Assembly (NCBI GenBank): GCA_016748015.1
Contig: JAAOMT010000570.1
Location: forward strand, 314,043 to 378,042
Length of the DNA stretch: 64,000 nt
Direction: 5' to 3'
Source: Geosiphon pyriformis uo1
Taxonomy: Eukaryota; Fungi; Glomeromycota
Part shown: in pieces, positions 1 through 10,318 of the stretch
How positions within the stretch are numbered: the stretch's first letter is position 1
Layout of the letters: the number at the start of each line of letters is the position of its first letter
Notes under the pieces: generated by a model
Database searches by the model: none
Told to the model about the DNA's origin: nothing
Seen by the model: the letters and a program-made list of their open reading frames with translations, nothing else
Position numbers and translations under genes: made by a program

Positions 1-79
1 AGAAAGTTGATTTTGCCCAAAGGCTTGCTTAAAGCCTGCTTGGTAACCAATCTTGGACTCTTTGGCATTTAGTTAACAT
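1..79 (-). mobile_element. LINE ORF1 remnant (continuation of the LINE interrupted by the Gypsy element at 80-9923; runs off the window)
   Basis: Minus strand reads VN*MPKSPRLVTKQALSKPLGKINF. This continues the ORF1 N-terminus at 9924-10153 once the LTR element and one TSD copy are removed. Confidence 0.75.
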
Positions 80-1081
80 TGTTATCAGAGGTTTTTGGTC
101 TCTTTTTTTGAATGTTGTAAATGTCTGTTGGTTGCAAATTCATGTTTTTTAGAAGTAGTTGAACCTCCAATAACTGAATTTATCTTCAAATTATCTCCTA
201 TAATTTGAACTGCTGGGCTTATAAGTAGAATGGCCAATTCCTTGCCAGTTACTTTATGTAGTTATGTTGTAGTAAATGTCAACTCTTTCCCAGAAATTGC
301 TTATCTGGAAGCTCACTAAAAAAATGTGTAGTTACTTTGCTGTGAAAGTCAACTTTTCTACAGGAATCTTGTCTGTAGACTACCCTAATGATTGTAATAA
401 GAAAATAAAAAAAATGTAAAAGAAATAGAATTCTGTCAAGAGAAACGTTTTCTATTCAGGTCTGGAATCACTAACAGTTTACTGAAATTGGTAGCTAATT
501 AATTTCGAAATGTTAGTTGGGTTTTGGGGATTTTCCAAGTGCAATAATTAAAAAATTTGGTTTTTCAAATTATTTGATATTTATTTCTTTTTGAGTGTAT
601 AGGAACAGTTCTAAGAGATAACTCTAAAGTAAGATATATTTTCTTGAAGAAAAAAGCTCTTCTTTTATACAACTTGTTGTAGTACTAGTCTATAAACTTG
701 CACTTTTTTTCTTTGCTCAAATTTCGGCAAACTAAAGATACATTTTGATGGACTACAAGTTATTTCACTAAACTATTGATTAATTTGGGTGAACTATTCA
801 TAATTTCAGCAAATTTCTATAAATTTCGGCGAATTTCTTATAAATTTTGGCGAATTTCTGTAAATTTCGGTGAACTTTTGAATATTACAAAGTTCAGAGT
901 ATTGTGTAATTTGATCATCCTACTTTTTGTTATACTAATTGGATTATTTAATTGAATTGTGATATGTGATAATTGATTAAATAATAAATGATAATTTGAA
1001 ATAATATTAATATACTAATTAATTATAGGAATTATAAAAATAATTTCATGCTAATTAATAGCTAAAATTTTACTGGTAACA
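80..1081 (-). repeat. 3' LTR of Gypsy family A
   Basis: Colinear with 9035-9923. TGT...ACA ends. Internal short repeats aaatttcggcgaatttct at ~720-875. Confidence 0.95.
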
Positions 1082-1769
1082 TAATCTCCTTCTCAAGACT
1101 GAGCTTCATCAAAGTCCAAGCACTATCTGTGATATTGAGATAGTGATCCAAAATAATTGAAGTAATCTGGTCTGAAAATTGTTGAAATTTCAGTTTTGTG
1201 AGTTTGTCAATATATTGGACTTTTATTGGTTGCAGTATTGGATTTTGTAGAACATTTTCACAAGTATTAAACAAATCATAGAGTCTAGAAGCTGCTCTAA
1301 GTTTGTAGCAAATGTTTGTTGGTCCAGCTGCTGTTTTGAATTTATTGTGGATTTGTTTTTGTATAGTTTCAGAAGTGAGATTTGTTGTTTTAAGTTTCAG
1401 TTTTCGTTTATAAAGTGTTTTTCCAATGTGAAAGTATTTATAGATAGGGATGTGTTCATTGTTCTGTTCATTGAGAAGTAATAGAAGTTTTTGTTGCATT
1501 GTAGCATTTGGTGGAATGTCCATAGGGGCAATTAAAAAATTTTTTTTTAGTGCTTGTTTCAAAAGTTTTGGTAACCTATTTTCAGAGTGGCTTCTTGTTT
1601 TTCTTCTATAGAGGTGATAGTTCTGTGAATGATTTGCTACTGGGGCTGTGATTTTTTTCTGAATATAATTAATTTGACTTTCATTAATCATTATGGATAA
1701 GTCAGAAAGTGTTTTCAAGGCTAACATTAATTTTTGGGATATTTGTTGAATATTTCGGAGAATAATCAT
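1062..1769 (-). CDS. Accessory 3' ORF of Gypsy A (env position; 235 aa; unknown function; no obvious TM segment)
   Basis: Open ORF between integrase and 3' LTR. Homologous by eye to the disrupted ORF at 29684-30337. Confidence 0.7.
   Translation of the reverse strand: MIILRNIQQISQKLMLALKTLSDLSIMINESQINYIQKKITAPVANHSQNYHLYRRKTRSHSENRLPKLLKQALKKNFLIAPMDIPPNATMQQKLLLLLNEQNNEHIPIYKYFHIGKTLYKRKLKLKTTNLTSETIQKQIHNKFKTAAGPTNICYKLRAASRLYDLFNTCENVLQNPILQPIKVQYIDKLTKLKFQQFSDQITSIILDHYLNITDSAWTLMKLSLEKEIMLPVKF
1082..1097 (-). promoter_or_regulatory. Polypurine tract
   Basis: Minus-strand CTTGAGAAGGAGATTA abuts the 3' LTR. Confidence 0.7.
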
Positions 1770-1924
1770 GATAAAATTGACTAATTAGTAAAAAGAGAGA
1801 ATAAAGAAAAATATTTTTTTTTGGGTCTGGAGTTTTATTTGTTTTTGGGTTTTGGGTGTTTTGTAATTATTTATTATTTTTGTCTTTTGTGTGTTATTAA
1901 AGATTATTGTAAAATTATGTTGAA

Positions 1925-3310
1925 TTAAGTGTTTAAGTTTGGTTGTTGTTCTATTATAATTATTGGTTTTAAATTTCGGGGAATATCTTCAAGATTAATT
2001 AAAGGGGAATGTGTACCAATTTGTGGAATTAATGGTTCAGGATTGTTTCTGAAATAATAATGTTTTAATCTATCTCCATATGCAACTTTTGCTAGTACTT
2101 TGTCATCAAGTCTTAACTTGTATGATCCATTGCCTAGAATTTCGTGAATATAAAATGGTCCATCCCATTTGTTTTCAAATTTCTCATTCCATTGTTTTTT
2201 AGCCTTAGTTCTGTGTAAGAAAACTTTATTTCCTATTTTAAATTCGTTGGTTATGGATGGTAATTTGTTGTCATGTCTTTCTTTTTGTTGAGCTTGGGAA
2301 TGTTCAATATAAGTTGCTGCTATCCTTCTTTTTCCTTCCAGTGTACTAAGAAGAGTGTAGGCCCTTCTTTGGAGTGTTTCTTGCAAGTTTTCTTCATTAA
2401 TTGGTTGCACAGGATATGTTTCTACTGTGAAATTAATTGGTAATGTTGCTGTCCTTCCATAAGTAAGGTCAAATAGTGTGTGTTTTGTAGTATTCTGTTT
2501 TAGTGTTCTGTATGCTAGTAACACTGATGGAATAAAGATATCCCATTCCTGCTCAAAATTTGTTGAGACTTTGGCCAACAATTTACACAATGTTCTGTTG
2601 AAACATTCTACAAGTCCATTTATTTAAAGGTGATAAGACAATGATAGAGATCTTTTGACATTGAATCGTTTACAAATTTTTTGTATCAAGTTGTTCACAA
2701 AATGTGTTTCTTGATCAGATAAGAGTTCAATTGGGCATCTATGTCTACAAATAATGTCTTCATAAATGAAATTTACTACTGATTTTGCATCTATTCTTTG
2801 GATGGCTCTAGCTTCAGGCCATTTGGTAAGATAATTTATTACTACTGCAATATAGCAATTTTTTTGGGTTGTGATAGGTAATTGTCTGACCAAATCAATT
2901 TCAACTCTGTCAAAAGGTTGTCCAACTTTGATTGGATTTAAAGATTTTGTGGGGTGAGTTCTTTCTCTTCTTTGACAACTATCATAAGATTCTATATATT
3001 GTCGAATGTCTTTTTACATGTAAGGCCAAAAATAATGTTCAAGAGTTCTTTGAATTGTTCCATCTCTTCCCAAGTGTGTTGAAGAAGGATCTGTGTGCAT
3101 GTTGTATAGAATTGTTTCTTTTTTATTTTCTTGTATTAATCTGAGTGGTTGGTTTGGGTTTTTACAATTTTTGTAATAGATTTTGTTATGGTGTATAAAA
3201 TATTGTTTGAATTGGTGTTGTAATCAATGTTTTTCACTTGGAAACCAATTTTCTGGCATGGTGAGAGTCTCCAAATAGTTTTTGATGTTGTTGTAGTTTT
3301 CTGGATCCAT
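1925..3310 (-). pseudogene. Integrase (zinc-binding region, DDE core, GPF/GPY C-terminal module), disrupted
   Basis: Fragments YLTKWPEARAI, LLSDQETHF, WDIFIPSVLLAYRT, KWDGPFYI; internal stops. Confidence 0.9.
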
Positions 3311-3379
3311 TGTTGTTGATTTTGTTGTTTGTTCTGCTGTTAAGTTTGTTGGTGTTTTGTTGGTGTTAATGTTGGTATT

Positions 3380-4790
3380 AATATTGTCTCATTCTTGAGA
3401 GGCTATCAACATTGGTGTGTAGTTTTCCTAGTTTGTAATGTACAATGTATCTGTAGTCTGCTAGGAAGTCATTCTATTGAGACTGTTTGGCACTTTGTTC
3501 AGTTTTCTTTTTATTAAGCCATTTGAGGCCAATATTGTCAGTTATTATGTCAAATTCTTTTCCATTCTTCAGGTATTGTTAAAAGTATTTGAGAGCCCAG
3601 ATGACTGCAGCAGCTTCCAATTCAGTTGAGCCATATTTGAGTTCTGTTGGCTTGAGTGTTTTGCTGGCATAGGTGATAATTTGTTCCTGGCCATTTTCAT
3701 TCAATTGTGATAAGATGGCACCAAATGTTATGTGTGAAGCATCAGTGGCTAATTGGAATCGTTTGTTGAAGTCTGGGTAAGCAAGAACTGGGCTGTTGTC
3801 AACTTTGTTTTGAGGGTTTCAAATGCTTTTTGTTGTTCTTCAGTCCATTTGTATGGCACATTTTTATTGGTGAAATAATTGAGTGGTTTGGCAATTTCTG
3901 AGAATCCTTTGATGAATTTTTGATAATAGGAGGCTAATCCTACAAATCCTCGTAGCTCTGTGGTATTTTTGGGGGTTTGAAAGTTTTTGACAGCACTGAT
4001 TGTTTCAGGATTTGGTTTGACTCCATTTTTGCTAACAATATATCCAAGAAAGATTAATCTTGTTTTTCCAAAGTGACATTTCTCAATATTCAACTTCAAT
4101 CCTGCTTTCCATAATTGTTAAAAAACTTCTTGCAGGTGAATAAAATGGGCTTCAAAGTTTGGTGAGTACACATCAGTGTCATCAAGGTAAACAACTACTA
4201 ATTGCTATAAGAATTCTTTATATACAACATTCATGAGTGGAATGTTGCTGGTATATTGCAGAGTCCAAAAAGCATAACATTGAACTCATAGTTTCCTCCT
4301 TGGGTGGTGAATGCTGTTTTGGGTCGGTCTTTTGGGTCTATTTCAATTTGCCAGTATCCACTTTTCAAGTCTAAAGTTGAGAAGAACTTGGCTTTTTCTA
4401 GAGCATCTAGCATGTCATTAATTCTTGGAAGAGGGTAGGCATCTCCAATTGTCATATTGTTCAATTGGCAATAGTCAACACAAAATCTGATTTTTCCATT
4501 TTTTTTTGACAAAGACTATTGGTGAGGCCCAAGAACTTCTTGATGGTTGAATCAATTCGTTATTGAGCATTCTCTGGACTTCTCTGATGAATTGGTGGCT
4601 GGCAGATGGCATTCGATAAGCTTGTTGACATTTTGGTAGAACATCTCCTATATGGATCTGATGTTGAACAATATCCGTTTTTTCTAGGTCATTGTTGTCT
4701 TTTGCAAATATATCTGCAAATTCAGTTATCAATTGTTTCAATTGTCTTTATTGTTGAGGTTCTAAGAAATCCATGTTGATTTGAGAGAGT
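3380..4790 (-). pseudogene. Reverse transcriptase + RNase H, disrupted
   Basis: RFCVDYCQLN, LDLKSGYWQI, VYLDD, LRGFVGLASYY, TDAS motifs across frameshifted ORFs. Confidence 0.92.
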
Positions 4791-5214
4791 TTTTCTTCCA
4801 AAAAGTGGTAGTTTTCAGTAGTGAGAATTATATTTGGATTTGGAAGTAGAGTGTATCTTACAATTTCGATGAAATTAGAGACAAATTGAGGGTTTTTATC
4901 TTGAAAAATATTGCTGTGTATGATTTCAATCTTTAGTTTGTTTAATAAGACAATAGAATAATTATTGGGGTTGTAGAATGTTACTCAAAATTTTTTCATT
5001 TTTTTGAGAATATAAACGTTTGGAATTGAGATTTCATGCTTCAAACAGATTTGTTCATTGGATTCAAAGATTTGTTGTGTAGTGGTGAGTTTTGAGCAAG
5101 TGTAAATTTTGTGATGTTCTCCAAAAGGTGAAATGGTAATTGGCTGGAGAAGTTGAAGAATCTGGTGAAATTTATTTTGTGTATTAAGAGCTATGTTTAC
5201 TGGAACTGTAAATT

Positions 5215-5640
5215 GTCCAGTTGAACCAAAACCTTGAGTTCCTCTTTCACTTTTTCCCAATTGTTCTCTGTTGTTTACTGATTGTAAACTCAAAATGTTG
5301 ATTAAGGATAAGTAAATTGCTTGAGCAATTTTTTTAGCATGTTCAATCTTGAATGGTTTGTCTGTTTTATTCTGCAACATAATGGTAATGTCTCCAGTAT
5401 ATCCTGCATCTATAACTCCTCCTCTAATATTAATTTTTTTGCTTGCCAATGATGATCTGGAGGCAATTTGAACCATTGCTTCAGGTGGAATTTTAAGAGC
5501 AATTTTGAGATTGATTTTTGTCAAAGACTTTGGTTAGAGAACCAAAGTATCTTTTCTTGGGTATCTTGGGTCATATCCGGCATCAATTTTGTGTGCTTTT
5601 TCTGGTCTGATTCCTTGGCCATGGTTGTCAAAATATTTAA
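5215..5640 (-). pseudogene. Trimeric dUTPase domain of Gypsy A
   Basis: All five motifs are visible: DAGYD, ASRSS, GGVIDAGYTG, KIAQ, RGTQGFGSTG. One internal stop. Confidence 0.9.
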
Positions 5641-5759
5641 GTTGTAGAGATGGTTGCTTTTCAAAGAGATAGATGGAAGTAATTGGTAGTTCTTTTACTA
5701 GTTCAGATACTCCAAATTCGATTTCATTTTCATCATTCTCCTTTGGCAGGGGAATGCTA

Positions 5760-6370
5760 AGAGCATAGCATTCTAAACACCATTGGTTATTACAAGGCAT
5801 GATGTATTCTTTACACAATTGAATGTTCATTTGCTCTAATCATTGAATTTGAGCTTCTTTGATCAGATATGTGTGACTTGCAATTTGGTGATATGTTTCT
5901 GCTTTATCTTCATAATCAAATCCAGCTAATTCCATGGTATACTCAATGTATTCAGCTTCTTTCATTTGGCAGACATCTTCTTGGGTGGCTCCATTGATCA
6001 ATGCCATTGCTAGGTCAAAAATCATTTCAGCATCATGAGGGTAGTGGTAAAGTTTATTGAGAGCACTGTTGTATGCTGCATCAAATGGTGTTCCTCTTCT
6101 GACTTTTTCCGAAATTGATAAAGCATATTGACAGGTTTGATTACATACTCCTCCTCTCATTGCAACATCAATCCAGTTGCATTCTTCTGGTAACATATCT
6201 CCACATGTAAGACAAGGTGTGTTGTCCCATTTTCCACTTTTTTTTGGAGATCCAAATCGTTCTCTATGGCATGCTTTGCAAAAGTAACAGGTATGAGTTT
6301 CATATTCTTTTTCTGGAAAAATACATGCTTCCATTGATGAAAGTTTCTTGTTGTAATTTTTGCATTTGAG
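5760..6370 (-). pseudogene. Cys-rich (multi-CxxC) domain of unknown function in Gypsy A polyprotein
   Basis: FCKACH...GKWDNTPCLTC...CNQTCQY...GTP...PHD...LCKE..PC...WCLEC. Conserved in the second element. Confidence 0.7.
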
Positions 6371-6599
6371 TGGAATATAGGGTAGTTGTTTCTGTGGTTC
6401 TGGTGTAGAATATCTAACTTTTTTTTATCCTCTTGATTTTTCAAAAATCTCCTGTTCTGTTTCTTCAGCCCAATTAGATGTTGATCCAAGAACCATGTAG
6501 GTTTTAGTAAGTGGCATTTCTTTCTTCTCTTCAAATTCAAATACTAGGGCTTTTTCTGATTGTTTGTTAAAAGTACCACAAGTAGCAGATACTATGGTA

Positions 6600-6960
6600 T
6601 ATTGTCCTTGGTATGAGATTTTAAGTTTTTGAGTTTCCCAGTTCAGGTTTGCATTGGCCTTGAGAAGCCAATCATTTCCGACCAGAGCTTGGTATTGGGG
6701 TGCATCCATAACAAAAACTTTAACTGGAATGGTGATTCTATTAATTGTAAAGAAGAAATCATCAATTTCTCCTACTGGAGTCTTCTTCATACCATCAGCT
6801 GTGACAATAACTGTTTGAGCTGGTCTGTCTACATTTTATTTAAGTTGTTGCATCAGCTGGTAAGTGATGATACTTCCAGCCAATCCACTATCTAAGATTA
6901 AGTGAATGGGTTTTCCTTCCACTGTAGCTTCTGTGTATATAGCAGTAATTGTTTTTTATT
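6600..6960 (-). pseudogene. Retropepsin-like aspartic protease
   Basis: LILDSGLAGSII and ALVGNDWL motifs. Confidence 0.85.
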
Positions 6961-7099
6961 TATTGACTGCTGCATTACTAAGCAGAAATGGTGATTCATT
7001 TGCTTCAAATTTAAATAGAAATATATCTGACAGATTGGCATTTTGGGCAATTTGAGTTGGTGGAATGGTGTTGTTGGAAGGGTTTGATCTGGGTGCTGC

Positions 7100-8986
7100 A
7101 ACTTTACCTTTAAAAAGTGCAGGTTGTTAAAAATCCGATTCCTTTGGTATTATAAGATAATTGGGTTGAGTGTGATAGTGATTGGGTCTTTGCTGACCAG
7201 AATTTCAGTGAACCAACTGGTTATTTGAATTAATTTTGTTGTTATTCTGAAATTGATTTTGGGGTGTAAATTGGTTATGTTGAACCAATCTTCTTGTTGG
7301 TACTTGATATTGTTGAGTGGGTGGTGTCTAATATTGCTGAATTGGTAAAGATTGCTGATATTGTTGTTGAATTGGTTGTGGAGCTGGTTGATAATAGCTG
7401 TTTTGAATTTGTGGTCTCAGTGAATAATAAGTTGGTAGTGGGAGTTGGTAATAAGATTGTTGTGGTGAAGAATAATGTTGATTACTCCTGTTTTGTTGGT
7501 CTCTTTGTAGTTTTTTGCAATCTCGTTTCCAGTGTCCTGAAATTCCACAATAGTAACAATTTTAAGATTGGTTGTTGGATGGTGGTCCAAAGTTGTTTTG
7601 GTTGCATTGCTGTGGTGGTTGATAGTTTTGTGGTTGTTGCTGCTGTTGTTGCTGGTTTGTAAAATAGCTTTCAACCTTCTTTGTGAGTTGGTCTATCTTT
7701 TTTTCAGCTGCTGAGCTGGTTTTTCCAATAGCCAAGTTAACAAGTTTGGTGTGGTTCACTTCTTCTATTGCCATTTTATAGCTCTTTGTATGTCTAATAG
7801 CAGTTGCTAAGTCTGCTGGAGCATGTAGACAGACTTTCTTAATTAGTTTGTCTTTTAACCCTGTTATAAACTGATTCAAAATTTGAGCATCAGAATAGTA
7901 GTCATTGGTTTCTAATTGTCAGATTTGTCTGAGAAGTTTGTTAAATCTTCCAAGATAGGTTATAACAGTTTCAGATGTTTCTTGTTTAATATTGCAAAAG
8001 CAGTTTCTAAGAGTGATAAAGGTATTGTTGTCAGTGAATTGTTGTAGAAAAGCATCTTTGAATGCTTGCCAGTTTTCAAATGGTTTTTCTAAATTTTCAA
8101 ATCATTTTTCTGCTGTTTCTTGGAGAAAGTAGGGAATTGCTTTAAGCATTCTTGCTGCAATCCAACCATTTGCATCTCCTGCTTTTTGAACTTTGTTAAG
8201 CCATTCTTAAGGACTGGTATCATTGTCTTTCTCAGTGAATTCTGGAATTTTTGCAATGTAAGCAGTTGCTATTTCTTCTTTGTTTTTTGTGATTTCTTCT
8301 GATTCTGATTCAGTTTCTTCACTTTTCAAGCTTTCTGAATGATTACTTTCGTTTTCCTGTAAGTAATCAATAATATTGGCACTTGTTGATATTGGTTCTT
8401 GTTGTTGAGTAGGATTTCTAGGTGACTGAAAATCTTCTGGTCTGGAGAAATGGTTAAGTGATGAACTTAGTGTTTGTGGTTAAACAAGTAAAATTGGAAA
8501 TGGTGTAATAGAAAGTGGTAATTTAACACTGGTTCCTTGTTCAGGTGTTTGCAAGTGTTTGGCAGTTGTCTTTGGTAGTATTGAAATGTTTGGAGTGGTT
8601 CTTGAGTATTGTTTTACTTTTTGTTTGCCTTTGTTGCTTGTCTCTGTTTCTGATTCAAAGTTAAAAGAATATTTAGACTGTACTGGGTATTTTTCTTCAC
8701 AGTACTCAATAATATTAAAATTAAGTTCTTGGAAGTAGGTAGCAAGTGTTTCACTGTTCAGGTCTTCTGTTCCCAATTGTGAATAATGCACTAAATTATT
8801 GTAAAGGTTGCTTCTAACTTCTGAAACATTGTAGTTTCCAAAAAAATAATTGTTAATGCAGTTTTCAATGTATTGGTATACTGATTTTTTGATAACTTCA
8901 ATTCCGTTTGGGATGTTGAATCTTTGCTTGCAATGGGTGTAAATTGACTGGTAATACTCTAGAGTTGTTGCATCTGGTGTGGTCAC
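7100..8986 (-). pseudogene. Gag (capsid + CCHC knuckle, Q/N-rich), disrupted
   Basis: Capsid-like segment (QFITGLKDKL) and CYYCGISGHWKRDC knuckle at ~7515-7560. Confidence 0.85.
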
Positions 8987-9016
8987 TACTTTGAAGTTGT
9001 TTTTGCTGTGTTGTTT

Positions 9017-9032
9017 CTATGGAAGAGTACCA
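9017..9032 (-). promoter_or_regulatory. Primer-binding site of Gypsy A (degenerate)
   Basis: TGGTACTCTTCCATAG lies 2 nt (TT) after the 5' LTR end. Confidence 0.7.
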
Positions 9033-9034
9033 AA

Positions 9035-9923
9035 TGTTACCAGAGGTTTTTGGTCTCTTTGCTTGAATATTGTAAATGTCTGTTGGTTGCAAATTCACGT
9101 TTTTTAGAAGTAGTTGAACCTCCAATAACTGAATTTATCTTCAAATTATCTTCTATAATTTGAACTGCTAGACTTATAAGTGGAATGGCCAATTCCTTGC
9201 CAGTTACTTTATGTAGTTATATTGTAGTAAACGTCAACTCTTTCCCAGAAATTGCTCATCTGGAAGCTCACTAAAAAAATGTGTAGTTACTTTGCTGTGA
9301 AAGTCAACTCTTTTACAGGAATCTTGTCTGTAGGCTACCCTAATAATTGTAATAAGAAAATACAAGAAAATAAAAAAAATGTAAAAGAAATAGAATTCTG
9401 TCAAGGAAAACGTTTTCTATTCAGGCCTGGAGTCACTAACAGTTTACTGAAATTAGTAGCTAATTAATTTCGAAATGTTAGTTGAGTTTTGGGGATTTTC
9501 CAAGTACAATAATTAAAGAATTTGGTTTTTCGAATTATTTAATATTTATTTCTTTTTGTGTGTATAGGAACGGTTCTAAGAGATAAATCTAAAGTAAGAT
9601 ATATTTTCTTGAAAAGAAAAGCTCTTCTTTTATACAACTTGTTGTAGTACTAGTTTATAAACTTGCACTTTTTCTCTTTGCTTAAATTTTGGCGAATTTC
9701 TGTAAATTTTGGTGAACTTTTGAATGTTACAAAGTTCAGAGTATTGTGTAATTTGATCATCCTACTTTTTGTTATACTAATTGGATTATTTAATTGAATT
9801 GTGATATGTGATAATTAATTAAATAATAAATAATAATTTGAAATGATATTAATATACTAATTAATTATAGGAATTATAAGGGTAATTTCATGCTAATTAA
9901 TAGCTAAAATTTTACTGGTAACA
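9035..9923 (-). repeat. 5' LTR of Gypsy family A
   Basis: Matches 80-1081 except for a ~120-bp deletion and transitions. Confidence 0.95.
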
Positions 9924-10318
9924 ATATTCTTCTCTTCAAGAGCATCTCCTTTTCCATAATCCACACTAGTTTCCTCAATCAAGAATTTCTCCTCCATATC
10001 TACACTGTTAGATTTGGTGGTATCACCAGCTTCAGACCCCCAAGAACTGCTAACTGGTTTACCAGATAAAACCATATCATAAATAATACTGTCTTTCAAA
10101 ACATCTTCTTTTCTTTTCTTTCTAGAGGCAACATCTTTGCTAACAGTATCCATACCAAAGCCCTTGACAAACTTTCATCACAGCCACACTGGGACCAACA
10201 ATGGTCTCATAGTCGAGCAGAAAAGATTTTGACTTATCATACTGAATTGTAAAAAACTTTTTTCAAAAAACTTTTTTTTGACTCTTTGTTAAGGATTTGG
10301 GACAAAAGAGAGAAAAGC
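9924..10318 (-). mobile_element. 5' end of a LINE (5' UTR + ORF1 N-terminus), target of Gypsy A
   Basis: ORF 9893-10153 is acidic ORF1-like. The 5' terminus cttttctctcttttgtcccaaatcc matches the 5' end of the LINE at 19891. Confidence 0.75.

Larger units (their letters stand above)
80..9923 (-). mobile_element. Full-length degenerate Ty3/Gypsy LTR retrotransposon (family A) with dUTPase and extra 3' ORF
   Basis: Direct-repeat LTRs at 80-1081 and 9035-9923 with TGTTACCAG...CTGGTAACA termini. PBS and PPT present. Domain order gag-PR-dUT-RT-RH-IN. 4-bp TSD acat (76-79) / atat (9924-9927). Many stops and frameshifts. Confidence 0.95.

Noticed and set aside
3310-3385. Integrase encoded as a separate ORF (stops after RNase H, then a new ATG, in both elements)
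   Set aside because: In family A the spacer is in frame and the TAA stops fit CAA>TAA decay. In family B a poly-A slip explains the frame change.
7294-7662. Antisense ORFs within TEs and genes (e.g. 7294+, 18058+, 24887-, 57678+)
   Set aside because: Shadow frames of sense-strand coding sequence.
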